DNA of 64,000 nucleotides from Ylistrum balloti (taxonomy: Eukaryota), in NCBI RefSeq assembly GCF_031769215.1, contig NW_026782088.1, positions 310,001-374,000 of the forward strand, read 5' to 3'. The position numbers were made by a program, and so were the translations under genes. Under the pieces are notes generated by a model that was not told the origin of the DNA, ran no database searches, and saw only the letters and a list, made by a program, of their open reading frames with translations. Positions 11,085 to 25,833 of this stretch are shown in pieces. Each line of letters starts with the position of its first letter. Within the stretch, counting starts at the first letter, position 1.

Positions 11085-13504
11085 ATGGATGGTGCCCCAG
11101 AGGGAGAACAAAGAATGCAAAATGATGGAAACCTGCATGCCTCCAATGGGCCTAATTCCATTTCTCATCTCATCATGGCCAGTGCAATAGTGTCTCGAGA
11201 TGTGTCCACTGGTAACTCAGATATCGATGTTACAAACATTGATGACCCCCAAGTCTCACTAGCTGATAATATTCATGCACAACACATGGCCAGTTCAACA
11301 TCTGCAATGGCAGCAGTTCCCCCTCAAATACGGCGTCACTCTGACCCAATGATTTCTGTGGAGCGACAGCCAGTTTCTCAGTCCCCTGGCCAGTCCCCAC
11401 TCCAGTCACGTTTTGCCACCTCTCCCTCCCTGTCTCTGTCAACCCATAGCTCCTCTCCTCCTCCAATCATTATGTCTGATCGAGAATTCTCACACAGCGA
11501 AGATGGCAGCTCCTACATAATCACTGGTGATATGGATGACCCAAGAAAGTATGAACCCATTAACATTGACACAACAGACCATGGTGAGGATGCCACATAT
11601 ACCCTACCAGACTCCTCACCGGAGATGATTGCCTATGACAACGGGACAAAGACACAGTACAAGACTTATAAATGTCGGCTTTGTAATTTCACAGCTACCA
11701 CCTATACACAACTGCAGCTCCACATGCCCAGACATGGAGGTACAGTATTCAAACTGACACAAGTTTAGATATACATTCAAACTTGTGTTAAAGGCCATTT
11801 CTATACAAAGACCACCAAAAATTATTGACATCATTTTTACAACATGTTATTTATTGAAACCTCAAATTTTGACACTATTGAAGTCAGGCATCCCAGTATG
11901 TTGTAGGGAGATGACTGGTAATGCTTAGGTTCATTGTATTTTGCTAAATTTTGTGAATTTTCATTATCATTTCCTTATGATTATTTGTAACCACTATTTG
12001 AGATGTAACAGTTGTAGGTTAATCTGACGACATCAGTAAAACAAGGTTTGGAACTTAACATGATTTTATTTACCCTGTAATTTTAGATGTAATTTGACTT
12101 TCAGGTGTAAAGGCACTGAAATGTCCTCTTTGTGACTATTCAACTAATGACAAGAGCAACTTTCGTAGACATAGAAGACTGCATATCGGCAACAACCCAG
12201 TCAGCGTACTCAAGTGTGAGAAATGTACCTACTCTACAATACTTCCTCGAAAGTTCCGTGAGCACTACAGCCAAGTACACAATGAACAGATTGGTCCAAA
12301 CTACCAATTTCAGACCAGTCCATACAGACCCTCTGGCTACGACACTGCTCAATTTAAGTACAGGCTAGGCCATGTTGACTTGAATCCTGGTCACATCCCC
12401 ACATCCACTGCCCCTCAAAGTATGGCTGCAACCACAGCTCTCCACTCACTTCTAAGAGGAATTCATTCAACACCAGTACACTACACTCATCAACCTGCCC
12501 AACCCCTTCAAGGTCAGTGTTTAGGACAGTACCCAAGCTATGCTGCCCCAGTTAGACGAACAGTTGATGAATCTCACATGGCTTCTAATTACCTTCGATC
12601 CATTGTATCCTCCATTATGAACAATCCTCAGACCGTTTCCATGCCAACACCAAGCAGCACCATATCCTCATCAGGCTTTTACATGGCAGCTGATCCCTCA
12701 CAGCAGCATCAACAACAACAACAACAACAGCAGCATCAACAACAGCAGCAGCAACACATACGTGTAGCACATTCTCCTATACAAGTGGGCATGCAGACAC
12801 TTCAAGGTCATGTCAAGGTGAAAGTTGAGCCCCCTGATCACCCGGACACTCCTGAGACTGCAGATGTGTCCAGTACTGCACCTCCTCCACGACATCAGTT
12901 TTTGTCAGACCAAGAACGTCGGTTAGAGCTGCATCCCTTCTCTCGAAGTTACTCAGAGGTGGAAGATGGTAGCATGGTTATGGAATGTAATGAGGTGGCA
13001 ACATCTGCTGAAATAAGACAAACATTGTCTGCTGACTCTGGCCACTCACAAAGAGGGGACAGGGCAAGTATAGAAGTAAGGACAACAGCCAGTGTGGACG
13101 ACACTGTAAACACCACTGTTAAAATGGAAATGTCCAGTGTAGGCATTCAATGTTCTATACCTATCATCAAAACAGAGTCAAGCATTGTTAGTGACACCCC
13201 ACAAACATTGTCAGCAAGTTGTGTTGAGCGTGGAGTACAGTGTGAGATCATGACATCAGGTCGGTGTTTGAATCAAAGATCTCGTTCGCTGCCAGGAGAG
13301 GCAAGCTTTACAGAGCAGCAAAACTTTCAACTTACAGAGAACAGATGCAATCACTGTGGTATCACGTTTGATGATGAGGTTCTCTTTTCAATTCACATCG
13401 GATGCCACAGTCACACAGATCCATTTGTCTGTAATGTCTGTGGCAAACATTGTGGCAACAAGTATGGCTTTTACTCTCATATAATGAGGGGCCATCACTA
13501 CTGA
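11085..13504 (+). CDS. Ikaros/Hunchback-family C2H2 zinc-finger protein, Pegasus (IKZF5)-like; join(11085..11739,12105..13504), 684 aa
   Basis: The phase-1 intron GGAG|GTACAG...TTTCAG|GTGT joins the two ORFs in frame (2055 nt). N-terminal fingers: YKCRLCNFTATTYTQLQLHMPRH, LKCPLCDYSTNDKSNFRRHRRLH, LKCEKCTYSTILPRKFREHYSQVH. The C-terminal pair CNHCGITFDDEVLFSIHIGCH-SHTDPFVCNVCGKHCGNKYGFYSHIMRGHH is the Ikaros/Hunchback dimerisation-type signature. A 5'UTR acceptor lies at 11068. Confidence 0.9.
12702..12756 (+). repeat. Coding CAA/CAG microsatellite (polyQ with His interruptions)
   Basis: Encodes QQHQQQQQQQQHQQQQQQH in the 12380..13504 ORF. Confidence 0.9.
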
Positions 13505-15429
13505 CAGTAGCTACTGGTCTGTGACTTCACTGGTCCAGGAAATGTTCTCATCAAATGGGAATCTGTATCTGTATATGTGTTATGTAGTTGCTACTCAATC
13601 TTACAGTTGTATTTACTTGTTTGTGATCTCATTGAATGCTGTGCTTTTTACACTGCCAATATAGGTGAAATCGATGAGCTTAATTAAGTTGTTATTGAAA
13701 GTTTCAAAATATTTGATATTTTGTATATCTTTTTTGCTTTTTTTATGTATTTTTATGTCATTGATGATCAACTTGAATGTACTAATGATTGAAGTTCTTA
13801 TTTTCATTGTTATTTTGAATATTCTAGATAGAAGTTTGACATTGTACATATTTATATAAAATGTTCCATTTCAAATTTGTAGCTTTGAACAACAGCATGC
13901 AGGTGTTTGCCATGAATCCTTTTAATTTCAATAACTGTTTTTCATTATGTTACAATGTGTTGAGTTGGCATTCATACAAAGAAACTTCAGAAATGCTTTA
14001 CAAACATATCAGTTATACTTAAAGGTGAACATGAAGGAATTTTCACAACACCGATACATAAAATAATTACATACCCATAATTATTCTTTTGTTGCATATT
14101 ATGATATCAGCCAAATTGTGTTGTTATTGATTAATGTTTCTTTGTTAACACATGTATTCAAACTTTCTTTCTGGAAACTCCAACACTGTTAGAGGAAGAG
14201 AATGGCTGCCGAGACTCTAAGATGTATTCTTCTGTATATAATAATTGTAATTCAGTTATTTCCATGATAGAAACTAATGAAACTAAACATGTATACACAT
14301 ATATCTTCATTTCTATAGCTTTAAATGCAAATTGAGAATCTATTCTAATATACTTAATACAATTTTAAGTGCTTGTTTTGTTGAAACTGTTCCAGTGATA
14401 TTTGGGACTTGTATGATAGATCTTGGATGCATGCGTTTCCTGTGTCAATACACTTTCCTGTTTTGGGAATCCTCAATGTCTCTAAATAATGAGACTCATC
14501 AAAATTTACAAAATGGCAGTGTATTTGTATGAGTTTTGAATTAATGAATTTATATAGATTTATTGTGATGTTTTACACACAACATAGGTTTTCTTCTATT
14601 CATATCATAACCTTGATTCTTCTGTATCACAAGAACGTTTGCATTTTGCTTCTATTTGTAGTTACAGGGAAGGGGATTTGATATTGCTTGAGTTGAGTCT
14701 TATAATAATTTAGAACAAATGTGTTGCTGGAGTTCTAAATCTGTTAGACCAGATAATTGCTTGAAGATTTTAAAGTAATAGATTTATGCTGTGTATACGA
14801 AGATGTACATACAAATAGCAGGTGTATCATCTAATTAAATGACCCTATACCTGTACAAATATGGCTCTGAAAGTGGCAAGTGTTTAAGATTTACATTGAA
14901 TTTATTTAAGTTCTCTCTCTTTTTTTCTTAAATGTTGTGATTTCAACATAATCTTTTGTTCATTATATTATTCCTATATATATTGCAGGTGAGCTTTATT
15001 TTTTTTTAACTTTTTCATGGATCTTCTTTTGACATACTTTTTACCAAAATTGTTGAAAAAATGGAATAGGACTTTTTCAGGATTGTACATTTATGAATTA
15101 TATTTTGCTTTAAGGGTTTTCACATGTTATCAATTATGACAATATGAAGTTGTTGAACAAAAGTATTGGAGTCTGTTACCATGATCTTGTAAAACACAGT
15201 GATGTGCTCAATGAAACTGTAAAAATGATATAATTTCCAGAAATAAAAATAAGACTTTTGCTGCTCAAACAAGGCACAAAGCACTTAAACATAACACACA
15301 GCTAATACCTCAGTACATTAATCAACTTGTAACTAAAAGTTTTGTTACACTGATTTCCTATTTATACTTCAGAGCTCATTAGATACATTACTTTTACAAA
15401 GGATAAAATCACTTGGTGCATAATATAAT

Positions 15430-18060
15430 TACTGGAGATGTAATAAAATTACTAGGGATGTAATACAGTCACTAGGGATGTAATACAATCACTAGGGATG
15501 TAATACAGTCACTAGGGATGTAATACAGTCACTAGGGATGTAATAAAATTACTAGGGATGTATTACAGTCACTAGGGATGTAATACAATCACTAGGGATG
15601 TAATACAATTACTAGGGATGTAATACAGTCACTAGGGATGTAATACAATCACTAGGGATGTAATACAGTCACTAGGGATGTAATACAGTCACTAGGGATG
15701 TAATACAGTTACTAGGGATATAATACAGTCACTAGGGATGTAATACAATCACTAGGGATGTAATACAGTCACTAGGGATGTAATACAGTTACTAGGGATG
15801 TAATACAGTCACTGGGATGTAATACAGTCACTAGGGATGTAATACAGTTACTAGGGATATAATACAGTCACTAGGGATGTAATACAATCACTAGGGATGT
15901 AATACAGTCACTAGGGATGTAATACAGTTACTAGGGATGTAATACAGTCACTGGGATGTAATACAGTCACTAGGGATGTAATACAGTCACTAGGGATGTA
16001 ATACAGTCACTAGGAATGTAGTACAGTCACTAGGGATGTAATACAGTCACTAGGGATGTAATACAGTCACTAGGGATGTAAATAATACAGTCACTAGGGA
16101 TGTAATACAATCACTAGGGATGTAATACAATTACTAGGGATGTAATACAGTCACTAGGGATGTAATACAGTCACTAGGGATGTAATACAGTCACTAGGGA
16201 TGTAATACAGTCACTAGGGATGTAATACAGTTACTAGGGATATAATACAGTCACTAGGGATGTAATACAATCACTAGGGATGTAATACAGTCACTAGGGA
16301 TGTAATACAGTTACTAGGGATGTAATACAGTCACTGGGATGTAATACAGTCACTAGGGATGTAATACAGTCACTAGGGATGTAATACAGTCACTAGGAAT
16401 GTAGTACAGTCACTAGGGATGTAATACAGTCACTAGGGATGTAAATAATACAGTTACTAGGGATGTAATACAGTCACTGGGATGTAATACAGTCACTAGG
16501 GATGTAATACAGTCACTAGGGATGTAATACAGTCACTAGGGATGTAATACAGTCACTAGGGATGTAATACAATCACTAGGGATGTAATACAATTACTAGG
16601 GATGTAATACACTCACTAGGGATGTAATACAGTCACTAGGGATGTAATACAGTCACTAGGGATGTAATACAGTCACTAGGGATGTAATACAATCACTAGG
16701 GATGTAATACAGTCACTAGGGATGTAATACAGTCACTAGGGATGTAATACAGTTACTAGGGATATAATACAGTCACTAGGGATGTAATACAATCACTAGG
16801 GATGTAATACAGTCACTAGGGATGTAATACAGTTACTAGGGATGTAATACAGTCACTGGGATGTAATACAGTCACTAGGGATGTAATACAGTCACTAGGG
16901 ATGTAATACAGTCACTAGGGATGTAAATAATACAGTCACTAGGGATGTAATACAATCACTAGGGATGTAATACAATTACTAGGGATGTAATACACTCACT
17001 AGGGATGTAATACAGTCACTAGGGATGTAATACAGTCACTAGGGATGTAATACAGTCACTAGGGATGTAATACAGTTACTAGGGATGTAATACAGTCACT
17101 GGGATGTAATACAGTCACTAGGGATGTAATACAGTTACTAGGGATGTAATACAGTCACCAGGGATGTAGTACAGTCACTAGGGATGTAATACAGTCACTA
17201 GGGATGTAATACAGTCACTAGGGATGTAAGTAATACAGTCACTAGGGATGTAATACAGTCACTAGGGATGTAATACAGTCACTAGGGATGTAATACAGTC
17301 ACTATGGATGTAATAGTCACTAGGGATGTAATACAGTTACTAGGGATGTAATACAGTCACTAGGGATGTAATACAATCACTAGGGATGTAATACAGTCAC
17401 TAGGGATGTAATACAGTTACTAGGGATGTAATACAGTCACTGGGATGTAATACAGTCACTAGGGATGTAATACAGTTACTAGGGATGTAATACAGTCACT
17501 AGGGATGTAATACAGTTACTAGGGATGTAATACAGTCACCAGGGATGTAGTACAGTCACTAGGGATGTAATACAGTCACTAGGGATGTAAGTAATACAGT
17601 CACTAGGGATGTAAGTAATACAGTCACTAGGGATGTAATACAGTCACTAGGGATGTAATACAGTCACTAGGGATGTAATACAGTTACTAGGGATGTAATA
17701 CAGTCACTATGGATGTAATAGTCACTAGGGATGTAATACAGTTACTAGGGATGTAATACAGTCACTAGGGATGTAATACAATCACTAGGGATGTAATACA
17801 GTCACTAGGGATGTAATACAGTTACTAGGGATGTAATACAGTCACTGGGATGTAATACAGTCACTAGGGATGTAATACAGTTACTAGGGATGTAATACAG
17901 TCACTAGGGATGTAATACAGTTACTAGGGATGTAATACAGTCACTAGGGATGTAATACAGTTTCTGGATGTGTAATACATTTACTGGAGATGTAATACAT
18001 TTACTGGAGATGTAATACATTTACTGGAGATGTAATACATTTACTGGGGATGTAATACAG
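15430..18060. repeat. 20-bp minisatellite (GTAATACAGTCACTAGGGAT), ~130 units
   Basis: Long homogeneous tandem array with recurring variant blocks. Both edges carry the divergent ACTGGAGATGTAATA variant. Confidence 0.97.
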
Positions 18061-18465
18061 TTTTACAACACATTAAAGTTAAAGTTAGTACAGTACTGTA
18101 CAAATTGTATCAGGAAATGGAGGGTTCCTCAGTCTTGTTTTATTGTCTGATAAACAGACACATTATCTCCGCTAGAAACTAACAAGCATGTCTGTGATTA
18201 CTTTATTTCAATGAAAGGTAAAAATCATCAATTAATGTACTTCACTTTATTTTCTTATATCAATATAAGAAATGATGAAAGTTTTTTTCTAAGTATATTA
18301 AGTCTTTTGATTATAGATACTGCAAGGTGTTCTGGAAACAGAAACTCTACAGGTTCTTTGATATTTACTAGAGAAAACAGGCCAAAATAAAGTCTCTTTT
18401 GTATTTCTCTTATTTTATGAATTATTTTTCCTGTAAAAGCAATGGCAAGTCAAAATCCTATACTT

Positions 18466-19070
18466 GTCAGTAGACTTTACAGTTTCTGTTGTCAGTAGAC
18501 TTTACAGTTTCTGTTGTCAGTAGACTTTACAGTTTCTGTTGTCAGTAGACTTTACAGATTATGTTCTCAATAGATGTAATAGTTTCTATTGTCAGTAGAC
18601 TTTACAGATTATGTTCTCAATAGATTTAATAGTTTCTGTTGTCAGTAAACTTAACAGTTTCTGTTGTCAGTGGACTTTACAGATTATGTTCTCAATAGAT
18701 TTAATAGTTTCTGTTGTCAGTAGACTTTACAGTTTCTGTTGTCAGTAGACTTTACAGATTATGTTCTCAATAGATGTAATAGTTTCTGTTGTCAGTAGAC
18801 TTTACAGTTTCTGTTGTCAGTAGACTTTACAGATTATGTTCTCAATAGATTTAATAGTTTCTGTTGTCAGTAGACTTTACAGATTATGTTCTCAATAGAT
18901 GTAATAGTTTCTGTTGTCAGTAGACTTTACAGATTATGTTCTCAATAGATGTAATAGTTTCTGTTGTCAGTAGACTTTACAGATTATATTCTCAATAGAT
19001 GTAGTAGTTTCTGTTGTCAGTAGACAACAATTTCTGTTGTCCCTAGACTTAACAGCTTTTTTGTTGTCAG
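18466..19070. repeat. Compound 25/50-bp minisatellite (GTCAGTAGACTTTACAGTTTCTGTT and a 50-bp dimer)
   Basis: 25-bp and 50-bp units visibly alternate. Confidence 0.9.
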
Positions 19071-20149
19071 TAAACTTTACAGATATAAAAGTACAAGTCC
19101 CAAGAATTTTATCATAAAAATACCAGCTATTATGACTGCTGGGTATTGTTTTGTTATTGAAAGACCTTTTCATGATATTACTGCTGAAATCTAGTATTAA
19201 TGGTTCCATGCTGCAGCTCCTTCAACCAAAGTATTACATTAGTATAAAAATACCAAATATCTATACTAAGTCTTCCTACCATTGATACATCTGTTTGTTC
19301 TTCATAGTTTACTAAATATTGTAGTGTTCAAGGTTTTTTGAAATGAACTCTTGCATCAATGGTTATTCATTATCTTTAGATGGTATGAAGGTTGATTTTT
19401 TCTCCTGTTAGCCATGTGTTATGTACTGAAATACTTTGTGTAGAAATTGTCTATGGCAATCTACAAGAGTGATCTTTTAACCAAACAGTGAACATTCCAA
19501 CCAGGTTCACAATTTTCATTTCCTAACCTGTTGTAGGTATACAGTGACTGGATTTTATGTCCAGATTGTGACATTTCAGTGTGATGACACTATAAAGCAC
19601 ATGCCATTCATCCCATCAACCATGAGCACCATATTCATATGGTCTTTGCTAATACACATACCAGTACATAAAACCCCAAACAAATAAAACCCAAATCTGT
19701 CATTTGACTCATAATCCAGATATCCTTGTAATTTCAGCAAACCACCAGAAATGTCCAGTTGAGGTTTGAAAAGACAAAACATAAATTTATCATATCTCAT
19801 GAAGAGAACCCAAACGAAAGGGTTTGGACACAGATTCATTGTGGTTAGACTGCTGTTCATTGATATCTGCCTGGTTTATACATAATTAACTCGCTGTATA
19901 ATGCCCATGATTATATACAATTATATCACTATATCATGCCCGAATTTTATACACAATTAACTTGGTGTATAATACCCCTGGTGTATACACAATAATGTCA
20001 CTGTATAATGCCCCTGGTTTATATACAATTTTCATATCCCACTTAAAAATATAGATATATGCATAATTGGGTGTATTACCTTCTCTATAAAATTACAAAT
20101 TATCATATATGAAACTTTTGGATATCCAGATAATACAAAATTTTTGATT

Positions 20150-20740
20150 ATTCTGGTATGTAATATTGTGAATTATCCTGGTATATAACAATGTGGATTA
20201 TCCTGGTATATTACATTGTGGATTATCCTGGTATATTACATTGTGGATTATCCTGTTATATAACAATGTAGATTATCCTGGTATATTACATTGTGGATTA
20301 TCCTGGTATATAACAATGTGGATTATCCTGGTATATTACATTGTGGATTATCCTGGTATGTAATATTGTGGATTATCCTGGTATATAACAATGTGGATTA
20401 TCCTGGTATATTACATTGTGGACTATCCTGGTATGTAATATTGTGGATTATCCTGGTATACAACAATGTGGATTATCCTGGTATATAACTATGTGGATTA
20501 TCCTGGTATATTACATTGTGGATTATCCTGGTATATTACATTGTGGATTATCCTGGTATACAACAATGTGGATTATCCTGGTATATAACAATATGGATTA
20601 TCCTGGTATATAACTATGTGGATTTTCATTTGATATAACATTGTGGATTATCCTGGTATATAACAATGTGGATTTCCATTTGATATAACAATGTGGATTA
20701 TCCTGGTATACAACAATTAGGATTGTCCTGGTATCTAACA
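20150..20740. repeat. 25-bp minisatellite (GTGGATTATCCTGGTATATTACATT)
   Basis: About 23 tandem units. It explains the repetitive ORFs at 20291 and 20416. Confidence 0.92.
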
Positions 20741-21839
20741 TCTAAAATGGTGGAAGTATGACCTATTTGTAACATTCAGTGCTATCAAACCATGGATTAT
20801 CCTTCTATGTGACACCACAGATACATTATGGATTTTGTTCTTTATAAACCATGGATTATTTTCAATATAAAACCACTTAGTCCCCATATTTAAAAAGTAT
20901 ATGGATTATTTTCTCTTAAAAATTGTTTACTCCTATATGAGCAGTAGATATTGCACAAAACAAAAAAAGGCATGCTTTATAAATGTTAACTTACTGACTT
21001 TACATGAAATCTCTAACAGTTTGTCATGTTTGATCTGATACATTTTATAGCTTGTAATAAGTATCTCAACTAAGAAAATGAGTCTCCTGACATTCTTATT
21101 TCTCTGATAATATTTCAATTTTGTAATACTTATAATGAGAGTGGTATACCCTTAGAATGGATCACTGGGTCCCGGGTTTGAACAAAAGGGACTTTCGAGG
21201 GTTGGAAACTCATTTTTTAAATCATTTTAGTTTGGCAAATGAAATCAAAGTGCATTGACACCTTGTTGAGAGTGGTTTTGTCTTCATAGTTAGACACATT
21301 GGTGTATATTATTGGTCAATGGTGATAATTAGTCTAATTGATGTATCCTCTTTGATCTCAATAAAGAAAATGACTAGTTCAAGTAGATTATGGAATTTGA
21401 TGCAGCATTTAATACTTTGTACAGAATCATGAGCATTGCCATTCACAGCCATTTTCTTTTCAACTCAGAAGATTTTCATCATATGATCATGTTAATAACC
21501 TTTCTTTTGTTCTGATTGATATGTTTAAAAATTTATTGGTAGCTAGTCCATCACTTAAAAAAAACAAATTTCATTAATTTTATACGCATCATTTTTTTTT
21601 TTTTTCACTACAAATGTTCTCATGTTTTAAATAATTGTTCCACTGGTAAATGTATCTAGATAGAATTCCTCGATGTGTGCCATATCATTCTAGTGCTTTG
21701 TATGTAAACCAATCTGCAATTTTTGAAAAAAAATGTCTGCAATATGTGTTTGGGTAGTTTGCAACTTTTTATGGACAGGATGCTTTTCTGGCAGTAGTGT
21801 CTGTCAAGAGGAGATAATTGTCCTCTGTCTGTCAAGGGG

Positions 21840-23340
21840 AGAGAACTATTATGACAGAACATTATCTATTGTAGGGAGGGAACTGTTATGACAGAACATT
21901 GTCTATATAGGGGAGGGAACTGTTATGACAGAACATTGTCTATTGTGGGGAGGGAACTGTTATGACAGAACATTGTTTATATAGGGGAGGGAACCGTTAT
22001 GACAGAACATTATCAATTGTAGGGAGGGAACTGTTATGACCGAACATTGTCTATATAGGGGAGGGAACCATTATGACAGAACACTGTCTATTATGGGGAG
22101 GGAACCGTTATGACAGAACACTGTCTATTGAGGGGAGGGAACAGTTATGACAGAATACTGTCCATTGTGGGGAGGGAACCGTTATGACAGAACACTGTCT
22201 ATTGAGGGGAGGGAACAGTTATGACAGAACATTGTCTATATAGGGGAGGGAACCGTTATGACAGAACATTATCTATTGTAGGGAGGTAACTGTTATGACA
22301 GAACATTGTCTATATAGGGGAGGGAACCATTATGACAGAACATTATCTATTGTAGGGAGGGAACTGTTATGACAGAACATTGTCTATATAGGGGAGGGAA
22401 CCATTATGACAGAATATTATCTATTGTAGGGAGGGAACTGTTATGACAGAACACTGTCTATTGAGGGGAGGGAACCATTATGACAGAGCACTGTCCATTG
22501 TGGGGAGGGAACCGTTATGACAGAACACTGTCTATTGAGGGGAGGGAACCATTATGACAGACAATTGTCTATTGTGGGGAGGGAACTGTTATGACAAAGT
22601 ATGTCTATTGAGGGGACTGTTATGACAGAACATTGTCTATTGTGGAGAGGGAACTGTTATGACAGAACAATGTCTATTGTGGGAACTGTTATGACAGAAC
22701 ACTGTCTATTGTGGGAACTGTTATGACAGAACACTGTCTATTGTGGGGAGGGAACCGTTATGACAGAACACTGTCTATTGTGGGGAGGGGACCATTATGT
22801 CAGAACACTGTCTATTGTGGGGAGGGGACCATTATGACAGAACACTGTCTATTGTGGGGAGGGGACCATTATGACAGAACATTTTCTATTGTGGGAGGGA
22901 ACTTTTATAACAGAACATTGTCTATTGTGGGGTGGGAACTGTTATGACAGAACATTGTCTATTGTGGGGAGGGAACTGTTATGACAGAACACTGTTTATT
23001 TTGGGGAGCGAACTGTTATGACAGAACATTATCTATTGTGGGAACTGTTATGACAGAGTATGTCTATTGTAGGGAGGGAACTGTCATGACAGAACACTAT
23101 CTATTGTAGGGAGGGAACTGTTATGACAGAACACTGTCTACTGAGGGAACTGTTATGACAGAACACTGTCTACTGAGGGAACTGTTATGACAGAACACTA
23201 TCCATTGTAGGGAGGGAACTGTTATGACAGAACACTATCTATTGTAGGGAGGGAACTGTTATGACAGAACACTATCTATTGTAGGGAGGGAACTGTTATG
23301 ACAGAGTATGTCTTTTGAGGGAAGGGGACTGTTATTACAT
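21840..23340. repeat. 37-bp minisatellite (GGGAGGGAACTGTTATGACAGAACACTGTCTATTGTG)
   Basis: About 40 tandem units. It explains the ORF at 22711. Confidence 0.95.
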
Positions 23341-24856
23341 AACATTATGTTTATTTGGTAGTTTTTTTAAATTATTATCTCAGATCCAATTTTGCAGTAC
23401 AAAAGAAAATAGTTGAAAATTTAGTCAAGTGTATAGCAAACCAGAGGATTTGATTGGTAGTTATTCAATATTAATGTGCAACTTGATGACTATAATTTAT
23501 ATATATGTAGTATGAGTTCACATTTCTTAAGTTCTTACCAAAATTTCTTCCTGTTTACTGTTCTGGTAAAGGAATTTTAGAAATACTTGATTCTGTAATT
23601 AAAAAATGATAAATACATTGAATTCTACCATGGTTCCGTTGTTTACAGGAGGCTGTATGATCTGTATGAGTGCAAACATGACATGAAACCTTCTGGTTCT
23701 TGAGTTAAATCTCACTCTAAACTACATCCATTTCATGTCACAAGTACTGACTAATGCCAGCAATTATTAATGTTGGCATGTTGTGTCTCCGATTAAATAG
23801 GCCAAAACTTTCTCTTTTGTTTGGCCTACACGTGCGGTTTAATTAACATGTGGGATATTTTGCTTCACTCGATTATATGTGTTTACCGTTCTGTATGACG
23901 TTACAGTCTACGCTGTACAACCATAGATTTATATTTTAGCTTGTGTCCAGTGTAAGTTGTCTAGACTGGTAATTTATTGTAGATATTTTATGCATTTTTT
24001 ATATAATAAACTATATGTCTTTTTTTACATTTATTCTGTGTCCTTGTTTGTTAGAGTTAACTGTAGCTACGTTTGTCATCTCCATATCTGTTGTCAATGC
24101 TTTGGCCACCATAACTATATGGTGTTGGTCTAAAATCGGTTGGATATGGTAGAAAAGTGAAATATGGACCACAGGAGACTAGTTATGAAGGCTTAGATGA
24201 CTAACAGAATTTTGATTGTCAAGACCACACCTGAACCCCATCAATTGTATTTAGGAAACAGAAACCAGTTCAGCTTATTATTTAAAACTTTCAAATACCG
24301 TCATGTGCCGAGGGATTCTGCACATATCTTATTTCAAATCCTGTGGTCCGTATGATATGTAGGATAGTCACGAAAATATCTCTTCAGTGCAACCAGTATG
24401 ATCAGTATATCAACTAAATATCTCAGGATTCTAAGCAGAGTCGTTGGGAAATAATGATCTCATATTTAACATGAAGTCAACTTTATTGTCATGGACAGAA
24501 CACTTCCTGCGATGTATTATGATAACATCTAAACAGAGATTTCGTCATGTGTTTTATTATGTGAAGATATCACACAATGTGACATACCATATGGTAAACA
24601 CCTCGACAGAGACCTTGTCATGTGGTTAATTGTGTGTAATAGCACATCATGTGATGTACCACGTGATAAACAACACAACAGTGACCTTGTCATGTGGTTA
24701 ATTAAGTGAGGAGATCACGGCATACCGGAACAGATCTAAGCACGTGCACAAGACAGTACATCTGTAGTCACCGACATACAAGTTGTTCCTGGAACAGCCA
24801 AGGTCATCGTGAAGGCTTTTCTTGTCTCCTTTTTAATTGCGCGAAGATCACCTTTA

Positions 24857-25833
24857 TTACAGCTGGCCTTGGCCAATGGATTTCATTCTGCTCCATGGGG
24901 ATCGTATACATAATTTGAGGTAAAGTGCTAGACTGATGTGGGACGTACGATACTTTGCTGGAATGTCGTCGTACACTTCTCCACTGACGTCATATATATG
25001 ACGTAGAAGTACCTAAAGAAGAAAATGAAAGAAACAGCTCTTAGCGGTGCCTGTGAACAGTCGGATCGTTATCCGGTGATTCTGCGCGTGCGGTTTATGA
25101 CAAATGATAAAATTTTACAAAGTGTCTTATGAAGCAGTCGATTTAAGGAGCGCACTCTCACTGGGCGTGCAGAATCACTGTTCAGCATTACGCATGGTAA
25201 TAGCTGACTGAAAAACTAAGGCAAATACTACTTATTCGATGAGACGTCGTTTGATTCTGACCAATATACCAATAACAATAAAGAAATATAGCACCGTATT
25301 TATAATAAATGATTTGTTATATGCATTAATCATGTGATTTAGAGGATACTAAACATTTTTCATAGATAACATTGATTCTAATACCGTTCAAGTGTAAAAT
25401 GCAAACAGTCAGTTGGTTGCTCTCTGACGTTTAAAACATATCAAGCATATTGTTAACATACCCTCATAGCTTTTCTGTCAGGTATGATCGGTATTCTGTC
25501 AACTTTAGATCCTCGAATTAACCCTACTCGCCTTGCTAAATCGACATCTTCATCTTCTAAAAGATACAGTTCATTAGGTTTGCATTCTTTTACAGTTTCA
25601 AATGGTGAATGTCCTATTTCATCGAAAATATCAGAGACCGTCGCGTCTTCAGTATTGTGTTCAGAATCATCTGTTATCGAAATTTCATTTTCTATTGGTA
25701 TTTGTTCATCCGGAATTAGTATCATATCGGCCTCCTTAACAGTATCGTCAGCTGATACGATTTTCTCTTCGTGTAGACTTCTCTTAACGCGTAACGGAAG
25801 TAGTACTCCACTGGCACTTTCGTCAACGTCCAT
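24857..25833 (-). CDS. Uncharacterised ~175-aa protein, head-to-head with SoxH; complement(join(24857..25012,25462..25833))
   Basis: ATG at 25833. The exon ends KAMR|GTATGT (phase 0, donor at 25461). The acceptor has a strong pyrimidine tract (TTTCTTTCATTTTCTTCTTTAG|G at 25013). The second exon reads VLLRHIYDVSGEVYDDIPAKYRTSHISLALYLKLCIRSPWSRMKSIGQGQL* and is followed directly by AATAAA. I recognised no domain. Confidence 0.6.

Noticed and set aside
13613-14532. Short AT-rich ORFs downstream of the zinc-finger stop codon
   Set aside because: They have low-complexity I/L/F/K composition typical of chance ORFs in an AT-rich 3'UTR.
15430-23340. Regularly spaced short repeats as a possible CRISPR array
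   Set aside because: The units are head-to-tail with no unique spacers, the context is eukaryotic, and there are no cas genes.
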